Source: Candidatus Aminicenantes bacterium (GTDB taxonomy: Bacteria; Acidobacteriota; Aminicenantia; Aminicenantales; Saccharicenantaceae). Taken from it: 64,000 nucleotides of DNA. Positions 1 through 8,720 of this stretch are shown piece after piece (positions within the stretch are counted from its first letter, which is position 1; each line of letters opens with the position of its first letter). The position numbers and the translations under genes are program-made. The DNA is taken from contig CAVTOI010000003.1 of NCBI GenBank assembly GCA_963736255.1, forward strand, positions 1,300,400 through 1,364,399, given 5' to 3'. The notes below the pieces were generated by a model. The model was not told the origin of the DNA and did not search any database. It saw nothing but the letters and a program-made list of their open reading frames with translations.

Positions 1-1
1 C

Positions 2-481
2 GTCATCGACGCCAAGGGCGGCGTCTACGCGAAGGACGAGCTGAACAAGCTCCAGGGCGACCTGCAGGCCGCTCTGGACGCCGTCACGGCCCAGGCCAAG
101 AAGTTCTTCAAGAAGTACGGCCCCGCCAAGGAGATGCTGACCAAGGTCGTCGCCGACGCCGACAGCGTCAAGGCCCTCATCCCCGGGCGGATCGCTGAGG
201 CCAAGGCCGCCGCCGAGAACGCGCTGAACGAAGCCAAGATGGCCATCGAAGAAGCCAAGGCCCTTCTCGAGAAGGCCCCCAAGGGCAAGGGCACCAAGGC
301 TGACATCGAAGCCATGAAGGCCGACCTCGCCGGGATCGAGATGGCCGTCGCCGACGTCGACAGCGCCATGATGAGCGAGGATTATTTCGGCGCCAAGGAC
401 AAGGCTGCCGTCATCAAGGAAAAGGCCGCCGCGATCATCGAGCAGGTCAACGCCGCCATCGCCAAGATCAAGGGACGGTAA
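2..481 (+). CDS. Hypothetical Ala/Lys/Glu-rich coiled-coil protein, C-terminal part (5' end outside window)
   Basis: ORF open from position 2 in frame with 134..481; low-complexity Ala/Lys/Glu-rich helical repeats; no recognisable catalytic motif. Confidence 0.45.
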   Translation, partial: VIDAKGGVYAKDELNKLQGDLQAALDAVTAQAKKFFKKYGPAKEMLTKVVADADSVKALIPGRIAEAKAAAENALNEAKMAIEEAKALLEKAPKGKGTKADIEAMKADLAGIEMAVADVDSAMMSEDYFGAKDKAAVIKEKAAAIIEQVNAAIAKIKGR

Positions 482-492
482 GTCGCCTGACC

Positions 493-1581
493 TTGAGGCT
501 TAGCCGAACAGCCGCGATCTTTCTGGCTGTTTTGCTTTTTGGTTGTCGAACCGCGCCGGTCCCTCCGGAGGTTCTTGAAGCCGATCTTCAGGAACAGGAC
601 CTTCGAGGGGCCGGTGCTTCTCTTTTCGCCGGCCAGGAGCACGCGGCCTATCTCCAAACCCTGAATTCTGCCCGCCGGAGCCTCGAGAGGGAATCTCTCA
701 AGCTGGGCTGGCTGCGCGACTACGGCAAGGTCCGCACCGAGTATGCGGCCGTCCTTCGGACGGGCGCGTCCCTCAAATCGACGGTACAGGCGATCGTATC
801 ACGGAGAGCCTCGGTCCTGGCCGAGACGGCTGAGGCGGTGCGCCGCCGGCTGCGGACCCTCGACGAACTGACGCTCTCGCTCGTCGAGCGCGGCGTCGCC
901 CGGAATCGCCTGACCCGGGCCTCCCTGGCCCTCGTGGAGGCCGACGCCCTGGTCAAACAGGCCCGCTTCGAGGAGGCATCGGCGAGGCTCGGCAGGGCCT
1001 CGAGCCTGGCGGCCGATGCGGAGCGGGCGGTCATCTCCCACATCTCCCGCTATCTCGATCCGGCCCAGGTCACCAGCTGGAAGCGCGCGGCCGAGGAGAC
1101 CATCGCCGATTCGAAGAAACGCGGCGTCACCGCCCTGATCGTCAGCAAGCTCGAGCGCCGCCTGGCGGTTTACAAGAACGGCAGCCTGTACCGGACATAC
1201 GACGTCGGGCTGGGATTCAACGGCCTGGCCGACAAGCGTTTCGCCGGGGACAACGCCACACCCGAGGGCCGCTACCGGATCATCCGGAAGATCCCCTCGA
1301 GCCTCTATTACAAAGCCCTCCTCATCGACTACCCGAACGACGAGGACCGGCGCTCCTTTGCGCGGGAGAAAGCCCGGGGAGCGATCCCCCGCTCCGTGGG
1401 CATCGGCGGAGACGTCGAGATCCACGGCGGCGGCCAGGACAGCTTGACCCGCGGCTGCATCTCCCTCGACAACAACAAGATGGACGAGCTCTACGGCCTC
1501 GTCGCCGTGGGCACCCCGATCACGATCATCGGGACGATGGAGCTCGAGAACTACGTCATCAAGGCCATCAGGGACAACTGA
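493..1581 (+). CDS. L,D-transpeptidase (YkuD domain) lipoprotein
   Basis: N-terminal lipoprotein signal (LLFGC lipobox); C-terminal YkuD catalytic motifs (HGGG...TRGCISL). Confidence 0.8.
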   Translation: MRLSRTAAIFLAVLLFGCRTAPVPPEVLEADLQEQDLRGAGASLFAGQEHAAYLQTLNSARRSLERESLKLGWLRDYGKVRTEYAAVLRTGASLKSTVQAIVSRRASVLAETAEAVRRRLRTLDELTLSLVERGVARNRLTRASLALVEADALVKQARFEEASARLGRASSLAADAERAVISHISRYLDPAQVTSWKRAAEETIADSKKRGVTALIVSKLERRLAVYKNGSLYRTYDVGLGFNGLADKRFAGDNATPEGRYRIIRKIPSSLYYKALLIDYPNDEDRRSFAREKARGAIPRSVGIGGDVEIHGGGQDSLTRGCISLDNNKMDELYGLVAVGTPITIIGTMELENYVIKAIRDN

Positions 1582-1582
1582 C

Positions 1583-2233
1583 ATGACCATCAAGCGCCTT
1601 CTCATCGCCGCGGCGGCCCTGGCCTACCTCGGCTTTCTGGCCGTCCTCGGGGCTTCTTATTACATCGGCTTCAAGCAGGCCTCGGCCTGGCCCCCGGCGG
1701 GGCAGGAACAGGCCATTGCGGACAAGGACGTCCCCAAGGTCGAGAAGACCGTCCAGCTGCTGGAGAAGAGGATGACCGGGCTCCTACCGAGGGGTTTGTA
1801 TATCGTCATCGATACGGCCGAGAACAAGCTTTACCTCAAGGACGGGAACAGGGTCGTCCGCTCGGCCGTCGTCTCCTGTGGCAGCGGCGTCGTCCTCGAG
1901 GAGCCCGGCGGGAAGAAGCGGAGCTGGGTTTTCGACACGCCGCGCGGCGAGTTCAGCGTCAAGAACAAGATCACGAATCCCTATTGGGTCAAGCCGGACT
2001 GGGCCTTCGTAGAAGAAGGCGAGGCCATCCCGAGGGGCATGGAGGAGAGGATCGAGGCCGGGACGCTCGGCGACTACGCCCTCGGTTTCGGCCAGGGCTA
2101 TTTCATCCACGGCACCCTTTACACGCGGCTGCTCGGGCGGAACGTCACCCACGGGTGCGTCCGGGTAGGGGACGAGGACCTCAAAGCCGTGTTCAAGGCG
2201 GCATCGGTCGGCACCAAGATCTACATCTATTAG
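1583..2233 (+). CDS. L,D-transpeptidase (YkuD domain) protein
   Basis: TM/signal at N-terminus; YkuD signature ...YFIHGT...THGCVRV; starts 2 nt after the upstream paralog. Confidence 0.75.
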   Translation: MTIKRLLIAAAALAYLGFLAVLGASYYIGFKQASAWPPAGQEQAIADKDVPKVEKTVQLLEKRMTGLLPRGLYIVIDTAENKLYLKDGNRVVRSAVVSCGSGVVLEEPGGKKRSWVFDTPRGEFSVKNKITNPYWVKPDWAFVEEGEAIPRGMEERIEAGTLGDYALGFGQGYFIHGTLYTRLLGRNVTHGCVRVGDEDLKAVFKAASVGTKIYIY

Positions 2234-2244
2234 AGCGGCGAACC

Positions 2245-2928
2245 ATGAAAAGAATAGCGGCACTGGGGATCATCGCGGCGGCCGGACTGGGCTGGCTGAT
2301 GGGAGCGGCCGGGGCGGATAAGGTCGAGCTGGCGAAAAAGCAGCAGACCCTCAACGCGGAGTACAGCCTGGCCAAGGACGCGAATTTCTACTTCGTCTTC
2401 GATGTCCCGGGCCGGAAGCTCGAGCTGAGGGTCCGGGGGATGGTGCTCAGGACCTGGCCGCTCCGGTCGATAAGATTCTGGGGAGAACCTCATTTTTCCG
2501 GATCCGTTGAGCTGGCCGGAAAAACGGCGCTCAAGGCGCCCAAGCGGATCGTCATCAAGCCCGGAGAGACCGAAGAACCCGCGCCCGCACCGGCCCCGCC
2601 GGCCAAGCCCGCCGCGACAGGGGCGGCCGCGACCGCCGCGGACTTCGATCTCGAGGCCCTGGAGCTCAGGGACATGCCGAAGAGGTTCCAGCTCGGCTTC
2701 GATAACGGGCTCAACGTCACCATCAAGGCCAAGGACGCCGGGTCCCGGGGCCTCGGCGGCACGATGAGGGATGCCTGGCGCTGGTATATCGATCTTCCCC
2801 TGAGGAATCTCTTTGGGGCGAAGGAGGGGCAGGCCCTCTCCGAGTTGGAGCTCGTATTCGAGGACGAGAAGGATGCCCAGTCGATCTACTGGCATTTCTT
2901 CGACGGGATCAAGGGTATTATCCTATAG
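2245..2928 (+). CDS. Hypothetical secreted protein with Pro/Ala-rich linker
   Basis: ATG at 2245 followed by a signal-like peptide (MKRIAALGIIAAAGLGWL); in frame with table ORF 1984..2928 but the upstream part is Arg/Pro junk. Confidence 0.5.
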   Translation: MKRIAALGIIAAAGLGWLMGAAGADKVELAKKQQTLNAEYSLAKDANFYFVFDVPGRKLELRVRGMVLRTWPLRSIRFWGEPHFSGSVELAGKTALKAPKRIVIKPGETEEPAPAPAPPAKPAATGAAATAADFDLEALELRDMPKRFQLGFDNGLNVTIKAKDAGSRGLGGTMRDAWRWYIDLPLRNLFGAKEGQALSELELVFEDEKDAQSIYWHFFDGIKGIIL

Positions 2929-2982
2929 ATCCTGTTGTAAAAAAACGGATTACAGAATGTTCGGCCATTTTTTGATTTATAC

Positions 2983-3011
2983 TTGACAATATGGTACTAA
3001 GATTTTATAAT
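2983..3011 (+). promoter_or_regulatory. Sigma70-type promoter upstream of dnaK (TTGACA-17nt-TATAAT)
   Basis: Perfect -35 TTGACA (2983-2988), 17-nt spacer, perfect -10 TATAAT (3006-3011), ~38 nt upstream of the dnaK ATG in an AT-rich tract. Confidence 0.6.
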
Positions 3012-3048
3012 GTACTCGCACTAAATCGAAGCAATCAGGAGAATCGAC

Positions 3049-4998
3049 ATGGGTAAGATCATCGGCATCGACCTGGGCACGACGAACTCCGTCGTCGCCA
3101 TCCAGGAAGGCGAAAAGACGACCGTCATCCCCAATGAGGAAGGCGGCCGGACGACGCCGTCTGTCGTCGCGTTCTCGGCCAAGGGGGAGATCCTGGTCGG
3201 GCAGGTCGCGAAGAGACAACGGGTGACAAACCCCGAGAATACGATCTATTCGATCAAGCGATTCATGGGCCGGCGCTTCGGCGAGGTCGGCCAGGAGATC
3301 AAGCAGGTCCCGTTCAAGGTCACCGAGGCCCAGAACGCCGACGTCCGCGTCGAAGCGCACGGCAAGATGTACGCTCCGCCGGAGATCTCGGCGTTCATCC
3401 TTCAGAAGCTGAAAAAGGCCGCCGAGGACTATCTCGGGGAGAAGGTCGAACGGGCCGTCATCACCGTGCCCGCTTATTTCAACGACAGCCAGCGTAAGGC
3501 CACCAAGGACGCCGGACAGATCGCCGGGCTCAAGGTCGAGCGGATCATCAACGAGCCGACGGCCGCGGCCCTCGCCTACGGCATGGACAAGAAGAAGGAC
3601 GAGACGATCGCCGTCTACGACTTCGGCGGCGGCACCTTCGACATTTCGATCCTCGAGGTCGGCGAAGGCGTCGTCGAGGTCAAAGCGACCAACGGCGACA
3701 CGCACCTCGGCGGCGACGATCTCGACCAGAGGGTCCAGGACTGGATAGTCCAGGAATTCCGCCGCGAGTCGGGCATCGACCTGACCCGGGACAAGATGGC
3801 CATCCAGCGGCTCAAGGAAGCGGCCGAGAAGGCCAAGGTCGAGCTTTCGACCACCATGGAAACCGAGATCAACCTGCCCTTCATCACCGCCGATGCTTCC
3901 GGGCCGCGGCACCTGCTGATGAAGCTGACCCGGGCCAAGCTCGAGCAGCTCTGCGAGGACCTCGTCCAGCGCTCCGTCGCCCCGGTCCGGCAGGCCCTGT
4001 CCGACGCCAATCTCAAGGCTTCCGATATCCACGAGGTCATCCTCGTCGGGGGCCAGACCCGGATGCCCCGCATCCAGCAGCTCGTCCATGAGCTCTTCGG
4101 CCGCGAGCCCCACAAGGGCGTCAACCCGGACGAGGTCGTCGCCGTGGGCGCGGCCATCCAGGGCGGCGTCCTGTCGGGCGACGTCAAGGACGTCCTCCTG
4201 CTCGACGTCACCCCGCTGACGCTGGGCATCGAGACGCTGGGCGGCGTGTTCACCCGGATGATCACCCGCAATACGACCATCCCGACCAAGAAGACGGAGA
4301 TCTTTTCGACGGCGTCGGACAACCAGCCGAGCGTCGAGATCCATGTCCTTCAGGGCGAACGGGAGATGGCCAGCTACAACAGGACGCTCGGCAAGTTCCA
4401 CCTGGACGGCATCCCGCCGGCCCCGCGGGGCATCCCCAAGGTCGAGGTGACCTTCGACATCGACGCCAACGGCATCCTCCATGTCTCGGCCAAGGACCTC
4501 GGCACGGGCAAGCAGCAGGCCATCACGATCACCGGCCACAGCGGGCTCGACGAGAAGGAGATCAACCGCATGGTCAAGGACGCCGAATCCAACGCCGCCG
4601 AGGATAAAAAGCGGCGGGAAACGGTCGATGCCCGCAACCATGCCGACCAGCTCGTCTGGAGCATGGAGAAGCTTCTCCGCGAGAACAAGGATAAGGTCCC
4701 GGCCGAAGAGGCCGACCGTGTCCAGAAAGAGATCGAGAACACCAAGCAGGCCATTGAATCGGACGACGTCGACCGCATCCGCAAGGCCGTCGAGGACCTG
4801 TCGAACGCGTCGCACAAGCTGACCGAGATGATGTACCGCCAGGCGGGTCCGCAGCCCGGGCCCGAAGCCGGGGCGGGCGCGGGCCCCGGATACCAGTCCG
4901 GCGCCCAGCAGCAGTCCTCCGGCGGCGACGGGCACGGTGCGGACGAGGGCGAGGTCATCGACGCCGAAGTCGTCGACGAGGACAACAAGAAAAAATAG
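3049..4998 (+). CDS. dnaK: Molecular chaperone DnaK (Hsp70), full length (649 aa)
   Basis: [17 protein letters not shown]..., [21 protein letters not shown] motifs; C-terminal lid and Gly/Gln-rich tail; RBS AGGAG. Confidence 0.97.
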   Translation: MGKIIGIDLGTTNSVVAIQEGEKTTVIPNEEGGRTTPSVVAFSAKGEILVGQVAKRQRVTNPENTIYSIKRFMGRRFGEVGQEIKQVPFKVTEAQNADVRVEAHGKMYAPPEISAFILQKLKKAAEDYLGEKVERAVITVPAYFNDSQRKATKDAGQIAGLKVERIINEPTAAALAYGMDKKKDETIAVYDFGGGTFDISILEVGEGVVEVKATNGDTHLGGDDLDQRVQDWIVQEFRRESGIDLTRDKMAIQRLKEAAEKAKVELSTTMETEINLPFITADASGPRHLLMKLTRAKLEQLCEDLVQRSVAPVRQALSDANLKASDIHEVILVGGQTRMPRIQQLVHELFGREPHKGVNPDEVVAVGAAIQGGVLSGDVKDVLLLDVTPLTLGIETLGGVFTRMITRNTTIPTKKTEIFSTASDNQPSVEIHVLQGEREMASYNRTLGKFHLDGIPPAPRGIPKVEVTFDIDANGILHVSAKDLGTGKQQAITITGHSGLDEKEINRMVKDAESNAAEDKKRRETVDARNHADQLVWSMEKLLRENKDKVPAEEADRVQKEIENTKQAIESDDVDRIRKAVEDLSNASHKLTEMMYRQAGPQPGPEAGAGAGPGYQSGAQQQSSGGDGHGADEGEVIDAEVVDEDNKKK

Positions 4999-5062
4999 GC
5001 CCGGCGGCCTCTGACGGATAAAGCGGGACCCCGGGGGCCCAACGACTGTCCGAGGTGCGGTA

Positions 5063-6187
5063 ATGGCAAAGGAATATTATCAGGTCCTGGGGGTCGCCAG
5101 GGGAGCGGCCCTGCCCGACATCAAGAAGGCCTACCGCAAGCTGGCCCGGAAATACCATCCCGATCTCAACCCCGGGGACAAGACGGCCGAGGCCCGGTTC
5201 AAGGAGATCCAGGAAGCCTACGCGGTCCTCAGCGACCCGAAGAAGCGGGCCCAGTACGACCAGTTCGGCGACCTCGGAGGGGTCCCGCCGGGCGCGGGGC
5301 CGAGCGGCGGGCCCGGTGGACCGGGATTCGAAGGCTTCGATTTTTCCGACTACGGCTCGTCGACGTTCCGGGATTTTTTCGAGAATCTCTTCACCGGGGG
5401 CGGCGGGATCCGCGGCGCCGAAGCCGCCGGCGGCGTCCCCGAGCGCGGCGAGGACCTCCAATACTCCATGCAGATCGGGTTCGAGGACGCCATCCACGGG
5501 GTCCAGACCCGCATCCGCGTCAATCGCCAGGCCGCCTGCCAGCCCTGCGGCGGACAAGGCCATGCCGCCGGGTCGCGCAAGCGGGCCTGCCCGAGCTGCG
5601 GCGGCAGCGGCCGCGGCACGGTCCAGCGCGGCTTCATGAAGTTCTCGAGCGCCTGCCCGGCCTGCGGCGGGACCGGCCAGGCCCCCGGCGAGCCCTGTCA
5701 GGCCTGCGGCGGCCAGGGTGCCGTCCAGATCTCCGATCTTATCTCCGTCCGCATCCCTGCCGGCGTCGACGACGGCTCCAAGGTCCGCGTCCCCGGCCGG
5801 GGCAACGCCGGCCGGAACGGCGGGCCTCCCGGCGACCTGTACATCGTCATCGAGGTCGTGCCTCACGCCTATTTCCGTCGGGACGGCGCCAACATCTCGG
5901 TCAAGGTGCCCATCTCGGTCCCCGAGGCCACGCTGGGGGCCAAGATCGAGGTGCCGACCCTGTGGGGCCAGACGACGATCCGCATTCCGCCCGGGACGAA
6001 ATCGGGCCAGAAATTCCGCATCAAGGAGCAGGGCGCTCCTGTCGCAGGCCGCAAGGGCCGCGGCGACGAGTACGCCGAGGTGTATATCGTGCCGCCTCCG
6101 TTCGACAACGAGCGGATCCGGGAGATGATGAAGGAGCTGGAAAAGATCTCGGGGCCGAACCCGAGAGAGACGAGCGGGATGAACTGA
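5063..6187 (+). CDS. dnaJ: Chaperone DnaJ (type I; J domain, G/F region, 4x CxxCxGxG zinc fingers)
   Basis: YYQVLGV...[20 protein letters not shown] domain; [32 protein letters not shown] repeats. Confidence 0.95.
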   Translation: MAKEYYQVLGVARGAALPDIKKAYRKLARKYHPDLNPGDKTAEARFKEIQEAYAVLSDPKKRAQYDQFGDLGGVPPGAGPSGGPGGPGFEGFDFSDYGSSTFRDFFENLFTGGGGIRGAEAAGGVPERGEDLQYSMQIGFEDAIHGVQTRIRVNRQAACQPCGGQGHAAGSRKRACPSCGGSGRGTVQRGFMKFSSACPACGGTGQAPGEPCQACGGQGAVQISDLISVRIPAGVDDGSKVRVPGRGNAGRNGGPPGDLYIVIEVVPHAYFRRDGANISVKVPISVPEATLGAKIEVPTLWGQTTIRIPPGTKSGQKFRIKEQGAPVAGRKGRGDEYAEVYIVPPPFDNERIREMMKELEKISGPNPRETSGMN

Positions 6188-6188
6188 C

Positions 6189-6602
6189 ATGAAAAAAGCG
6201 CGCAAGGAAACGAAAAAAGGGCCGAGCTCCTACTATCATATCTCCAGCGTCGCCGAGATGTACAAGATCCATCCGCAGACCCTCCGCCTCTACGAGAAGG
6301 AAGGCCTGCTCGCGCCGTCCCGGAGCACCGGCAACACCCGCCTCTACTCGGCCGACGACCTCAAACGCCTGGAGATCATCCTCAACCTCATCCGTGACCT
6401 CGGCGTGAACCTGGCCGGGGTCGAGGTCATCCTCAACATGAGGGACAAGATCGAGCGCATCGAGGCCGAAGTCTCCGATTTCCTCGAGTATGTCCGGCGG
6501 GAGTTCTTCCAAGGCAAGGAAGAGGAGTTCGAGGCCCGGCGCCGGGCCCTCGTCAGCGTCCGGCCGGGCGGCGTCGTCAAAGTCAGGCCCCGGAGCGGGT
6601 GA
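6189..6602 (+). CDS. hspR: MerR-family heat-shock repressor HspR
   Basis: MerR HTH (YHISSVAEMYKIHPQTLRLYEKEGLLAPSR...TRLYSADDLKRLEIILNL) immediately downstream of dnaK-dnaJ, the classic HspR position. Confidence 0.8.
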   Translation: MKKARKETKKGPSSYYHISSVAEMYKIHPQTLRLYEKEGLLAPSRSTGNTRLYSADDLKRLEIILNLIRDLGVNLAGVEVILNMRDKIERIEAEVSDFLEYVRREFFQGKEEEFEARRRALVSVRPGGVVKVRPRSG

Positions 6603-6605
6603 GGG

Positions 6606-7448
6606 ATGGATTATCGGGATTTCTTCGACTCGAGGAACATCAAGCACTACCTCGAGGAGATCTCCAAGTTCCCGGCCCTGACCGAGGAGGAGGAGAAGAA
6701 GCTCGGGGAGAGGATCCGCGGCGGGGACAAAGAGGCCCTCCAGATCCTCGTCAAATCCAACCTCAAGTTCGTCGTTTCCTACGTCAAGAAGTACCGGGGC
6801 ATGGGGCTGGGCCTCCTCGATCTCATCGACGAGGGCAACGTCGGGCTCATCGAGGCCGCCAAGCGCTTCGACCCCACCAGGGGCGTCCGCTTCGTCTCCT
6901 ATGCCGTCTGGTGGATCCGCCAGGCCATCGTCCACGCCCTGACGCTGTACTCGCGCATCACCCGCATTCCCCAGAAGCTCGCCGACCAGATCTCGCTGAT
7001 GAAAAAGAAGACGGCCGAGATCAAGAGCGAGCTCGGGCGCGACCCGACGCGGGAGGAGATCGCCAAGGCCATGGCGGTGACGGAGTCCGATATCGAGGAC
7101 CTGGAGATCCTCGGCGAGCGCAACGTGTCCCTGAGCGACAAGCCCGACGAGGACGGCCGGGAGGTCGAGGACAAGATCAGCGACGCCGCTTCCCCCTCCG
7201 TCGAGTACCAGATCATCAAGTCCTCGGTCCGGCAGCAGATCCGGGAGATCCTCGGCGAACTGGATGAGAAAGAGGCACTTGTGCTAAAATTGCGCTTCGG
7301 GCTGGACGACGACCGGCCGCGGACCCTCCAGGAGATAGGCGATCAGCTGAAGCTGACGCGGGAGAGGATCCGCCAGATCGAGCAGAAGGCCATGCGCAAG
7401 CTCAGCCGGTCGCACAAGCTCCAACACCTCAGAGGATATTTGAATTGA
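6606..7448 (+). CDS. RNA polymerase sigma factor, sigma-70 family (group 2-like; regions 1.2-4, 280 aa)
   Basis: Region 2 (DLIDEGNVGLIEAAKRFDPTRGVRFVSYAVWWIRQAI), region 3 and region 4.2 HTH (LQEIGDQLKLTRERIRQIEQKAMRKL); no region 1.1. Confidence 0.85.
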   Translation: MDYRDFFDSRNIKHYLEEISKFPALTEEEEKKLGERIRGGDKEALQILVKSNLKFVVSYVKKYRGMGLGLLDLIDEGNVGLIEAAKRFDPTRGVRFVSYAVWWIRQAIVHALTLYSRITRIPQKLADQISLMKKKTAEIKSELGRDPTREEIAKAMAVTESDIEDLEILGERNVSLSDKPDEDGREVEDKISDAASPSVEYQIIKSSVRQQIREILGELDEKEALVLKLRFGLDDDRPRTLQEIGDQLKLTRERIRQIEQKAMRKLSRSHKLQHLRGYLN

Positions 7449-8197
7449 GCGAACAAGCGGTCTGCGGCAAGTGCCAGGGGACGGGCTGGCTCCTCGAGGG
7501 CGCCGGCGGCTCCCCGGTGGCCCGGCGCTGCGAGTGCTACGGCGAGCGCTGGAAGCAGTCCCTGGTCGACCAGGCCAACATCCCGCAGCGCTACCAGAAC
7601 TGCACCCTGGAAAATTTCGAGATTCATGAGGATAACCATTCCCACCAAGACGCCCTCAAGCTCTCGCGGCAGTTCGTCAAGAACTACCCGGGCCAGAACG
7701 TCGGCTTGCTCTTCATCGGCCCCTGCGGCGTAGGGAAGACACACCTGGCCGTGGCCATTATCCAAGAGCTCATCAGGACCAAGGACGCCGCCTGCATCTT
7801 CTACGACTTCCGCGACCTCATCCGGGAGATCCAGAGCACCTTCACGCCGGATTCGACGCTGTCCGAATCCGACGTGCTCACTCCGGTTTTCCGGTCCGAC
7901 GTCCTCGTCCTCGATGAGCTCGGGGCGAAGCGGACGACGGCCTGGGTCGAGGAGACCGTCTTTTATATCATCAACCACCGCTACAACCATAAGAAATTGA
8001 CCCTGTTCACCACGAACTACCCCGACACCGACGAGGAAGAGGACAAGCGCGATTCGTTCTACAAGAAGAGCGACGACACCCTCATCGACCGCGTCGGGGT
8101 CCGCCTTCGGTCACGCATCTACGAGATGTGCAAGGTCGTCGAGATGGCGGGCGACGATTACCGAAAAAAGCGCAAGCAGGCCAGCTACCGGTTCTGA
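7445..8197 (+). CDS. DnaC/IstB-family AAA+ ATPase with N-terminal Cys4 zinc ribbon (helicase-loader-like)
   Basis: CGKCQGTGW...RRCEC zinc ribbon; Walker A (GPCGVGKTHLA) and Walker B (VLVLDELG) typical of DnaC/DnaI/IstB; overlaps the sigma gene stop by 4 nt. Confidence 0.7.
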   Translation: MSEQAVCGKCQGTGWLLEGAGGSPVARRCECYGERWKQSLVDQANIPQRYQNCTLENFEIHEDNHSHQDALKLSRQFVKNYPGQNVGLLFIGPCGVGKTHLAVAIIQELIRTKDAACIFYDFRDLIREIQSTFTPDSTLSESDVLTPVFRSDVLVLDELGAKRTTAWVEETVFYIINHRYNHKKLTLFTTNYPDTDEEEDKRDSFYKKSDDTLIDRVGVRLRSRIYEMCKVVEMAGDDYRKKRKQASYRF

Positions 8198-8274
8198 GAT
8201 TCCTGGCAGCCTGAAAGGCCATCGGCGTTCTCCTTGATTTTTTGTTATCCCCGTGTTATATTGCGCCAGCCTGC

Positions 8275-8597
8275 TCCTCGGTAGCTCAATCGGCAGAGCG
8301 GGTGGCTGTGTTATCGCAGCTTCCACGAGAGATCGTGGTTGAAAAACCGGGTGAATTCAGGGAAGCCTTCCCTTCGCGGAAGCGGAGAAAGGTAATCCTG
8401 AGCCAAGCCTTATCCCGGCGGGATGAGGAAGGTGCAGAGACTAGAGCATCGCTCGTACCGCGGCCTGGGGGCCGCGGGAAGCGCCCGGCACCCTCAGCCC
8501 TAATTCGGGACGGGTGAAGAGATAGTCCAAGCCCAGAAGAAATTTTGGGGCTCTTGTAACCACTAGGTTGCAGGTTCGAGTCCTGCCCGAGGAGCCA
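8275..8597 (+). tRNA. tRNA-Asn(GUU) gene interrupted by a group I intron in the anticodon loop (exons 8275..8309 and 8557..8597, CCA encoded)
   Basis: Exons join to a canonical 76-nt tRNA: acceptor TCCTCGG/CCGAGGA, U8, D arm GCTCAATCGGCAGAGC, anticodon arm GGTGG-CUGUUAA-CCACU, 5-nt variable loop, T arm GCAGGTTCGAGTCCTGC, discriminator G73 (an Asn identity element), CCA. Close to E. coli tRNA-Asn. Confidence 0.8.
8310..8556 (+). ncRNA. Group I self-splicing intron (~247 nt, no ORF) between tRNA-Asn nt U35 and U36
   Basis: 5' splice site follows a U that can form the P1 U.G pair (exon GGCUGU with internal guide GCAGCU at 8316-8321); P2 hairpin CCACGAgagaUCGUGG; R/S elements forming P7 (cagAGACUAgag and aagAGAUAGUCcaag, cf. 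Tetrahymena R/S); GC-rich hairpin CCGCGGCCugggGGCCGCGG; intron ends with G (omega G) before the 3' exon UAA. Confidence 0.72.
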
Positions 8598-8720
8598 TCT
8601 TTTCTTCCCCTATCACTCCGCTTGCATTCCCTCTCCGCTTTTCCGTAAGATGAGCACCATACGGGGGTGGGGAGAGTGGCCGCCGCATCCACCACGCATT
8701 GCCCCGGGGGGAGGTCATCC

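Noticed and set aside
2977-4935. 652-aa ORF antisense to dnaK (and similar long antisense ORFs: 799..1605, 5..6205 minus, 13906..15606 minus, 30712..32892 minus, 36318..39050 minus, 39689..42340 minus, etc.)
   Set aside because: Products are Arg/Pro/Gly/Asp-rich low-complexity sequences lying exactly opposite strongly conserved genes. This is the typical high-GC artefact where the reverse strand of a coding region lacks stop codons.
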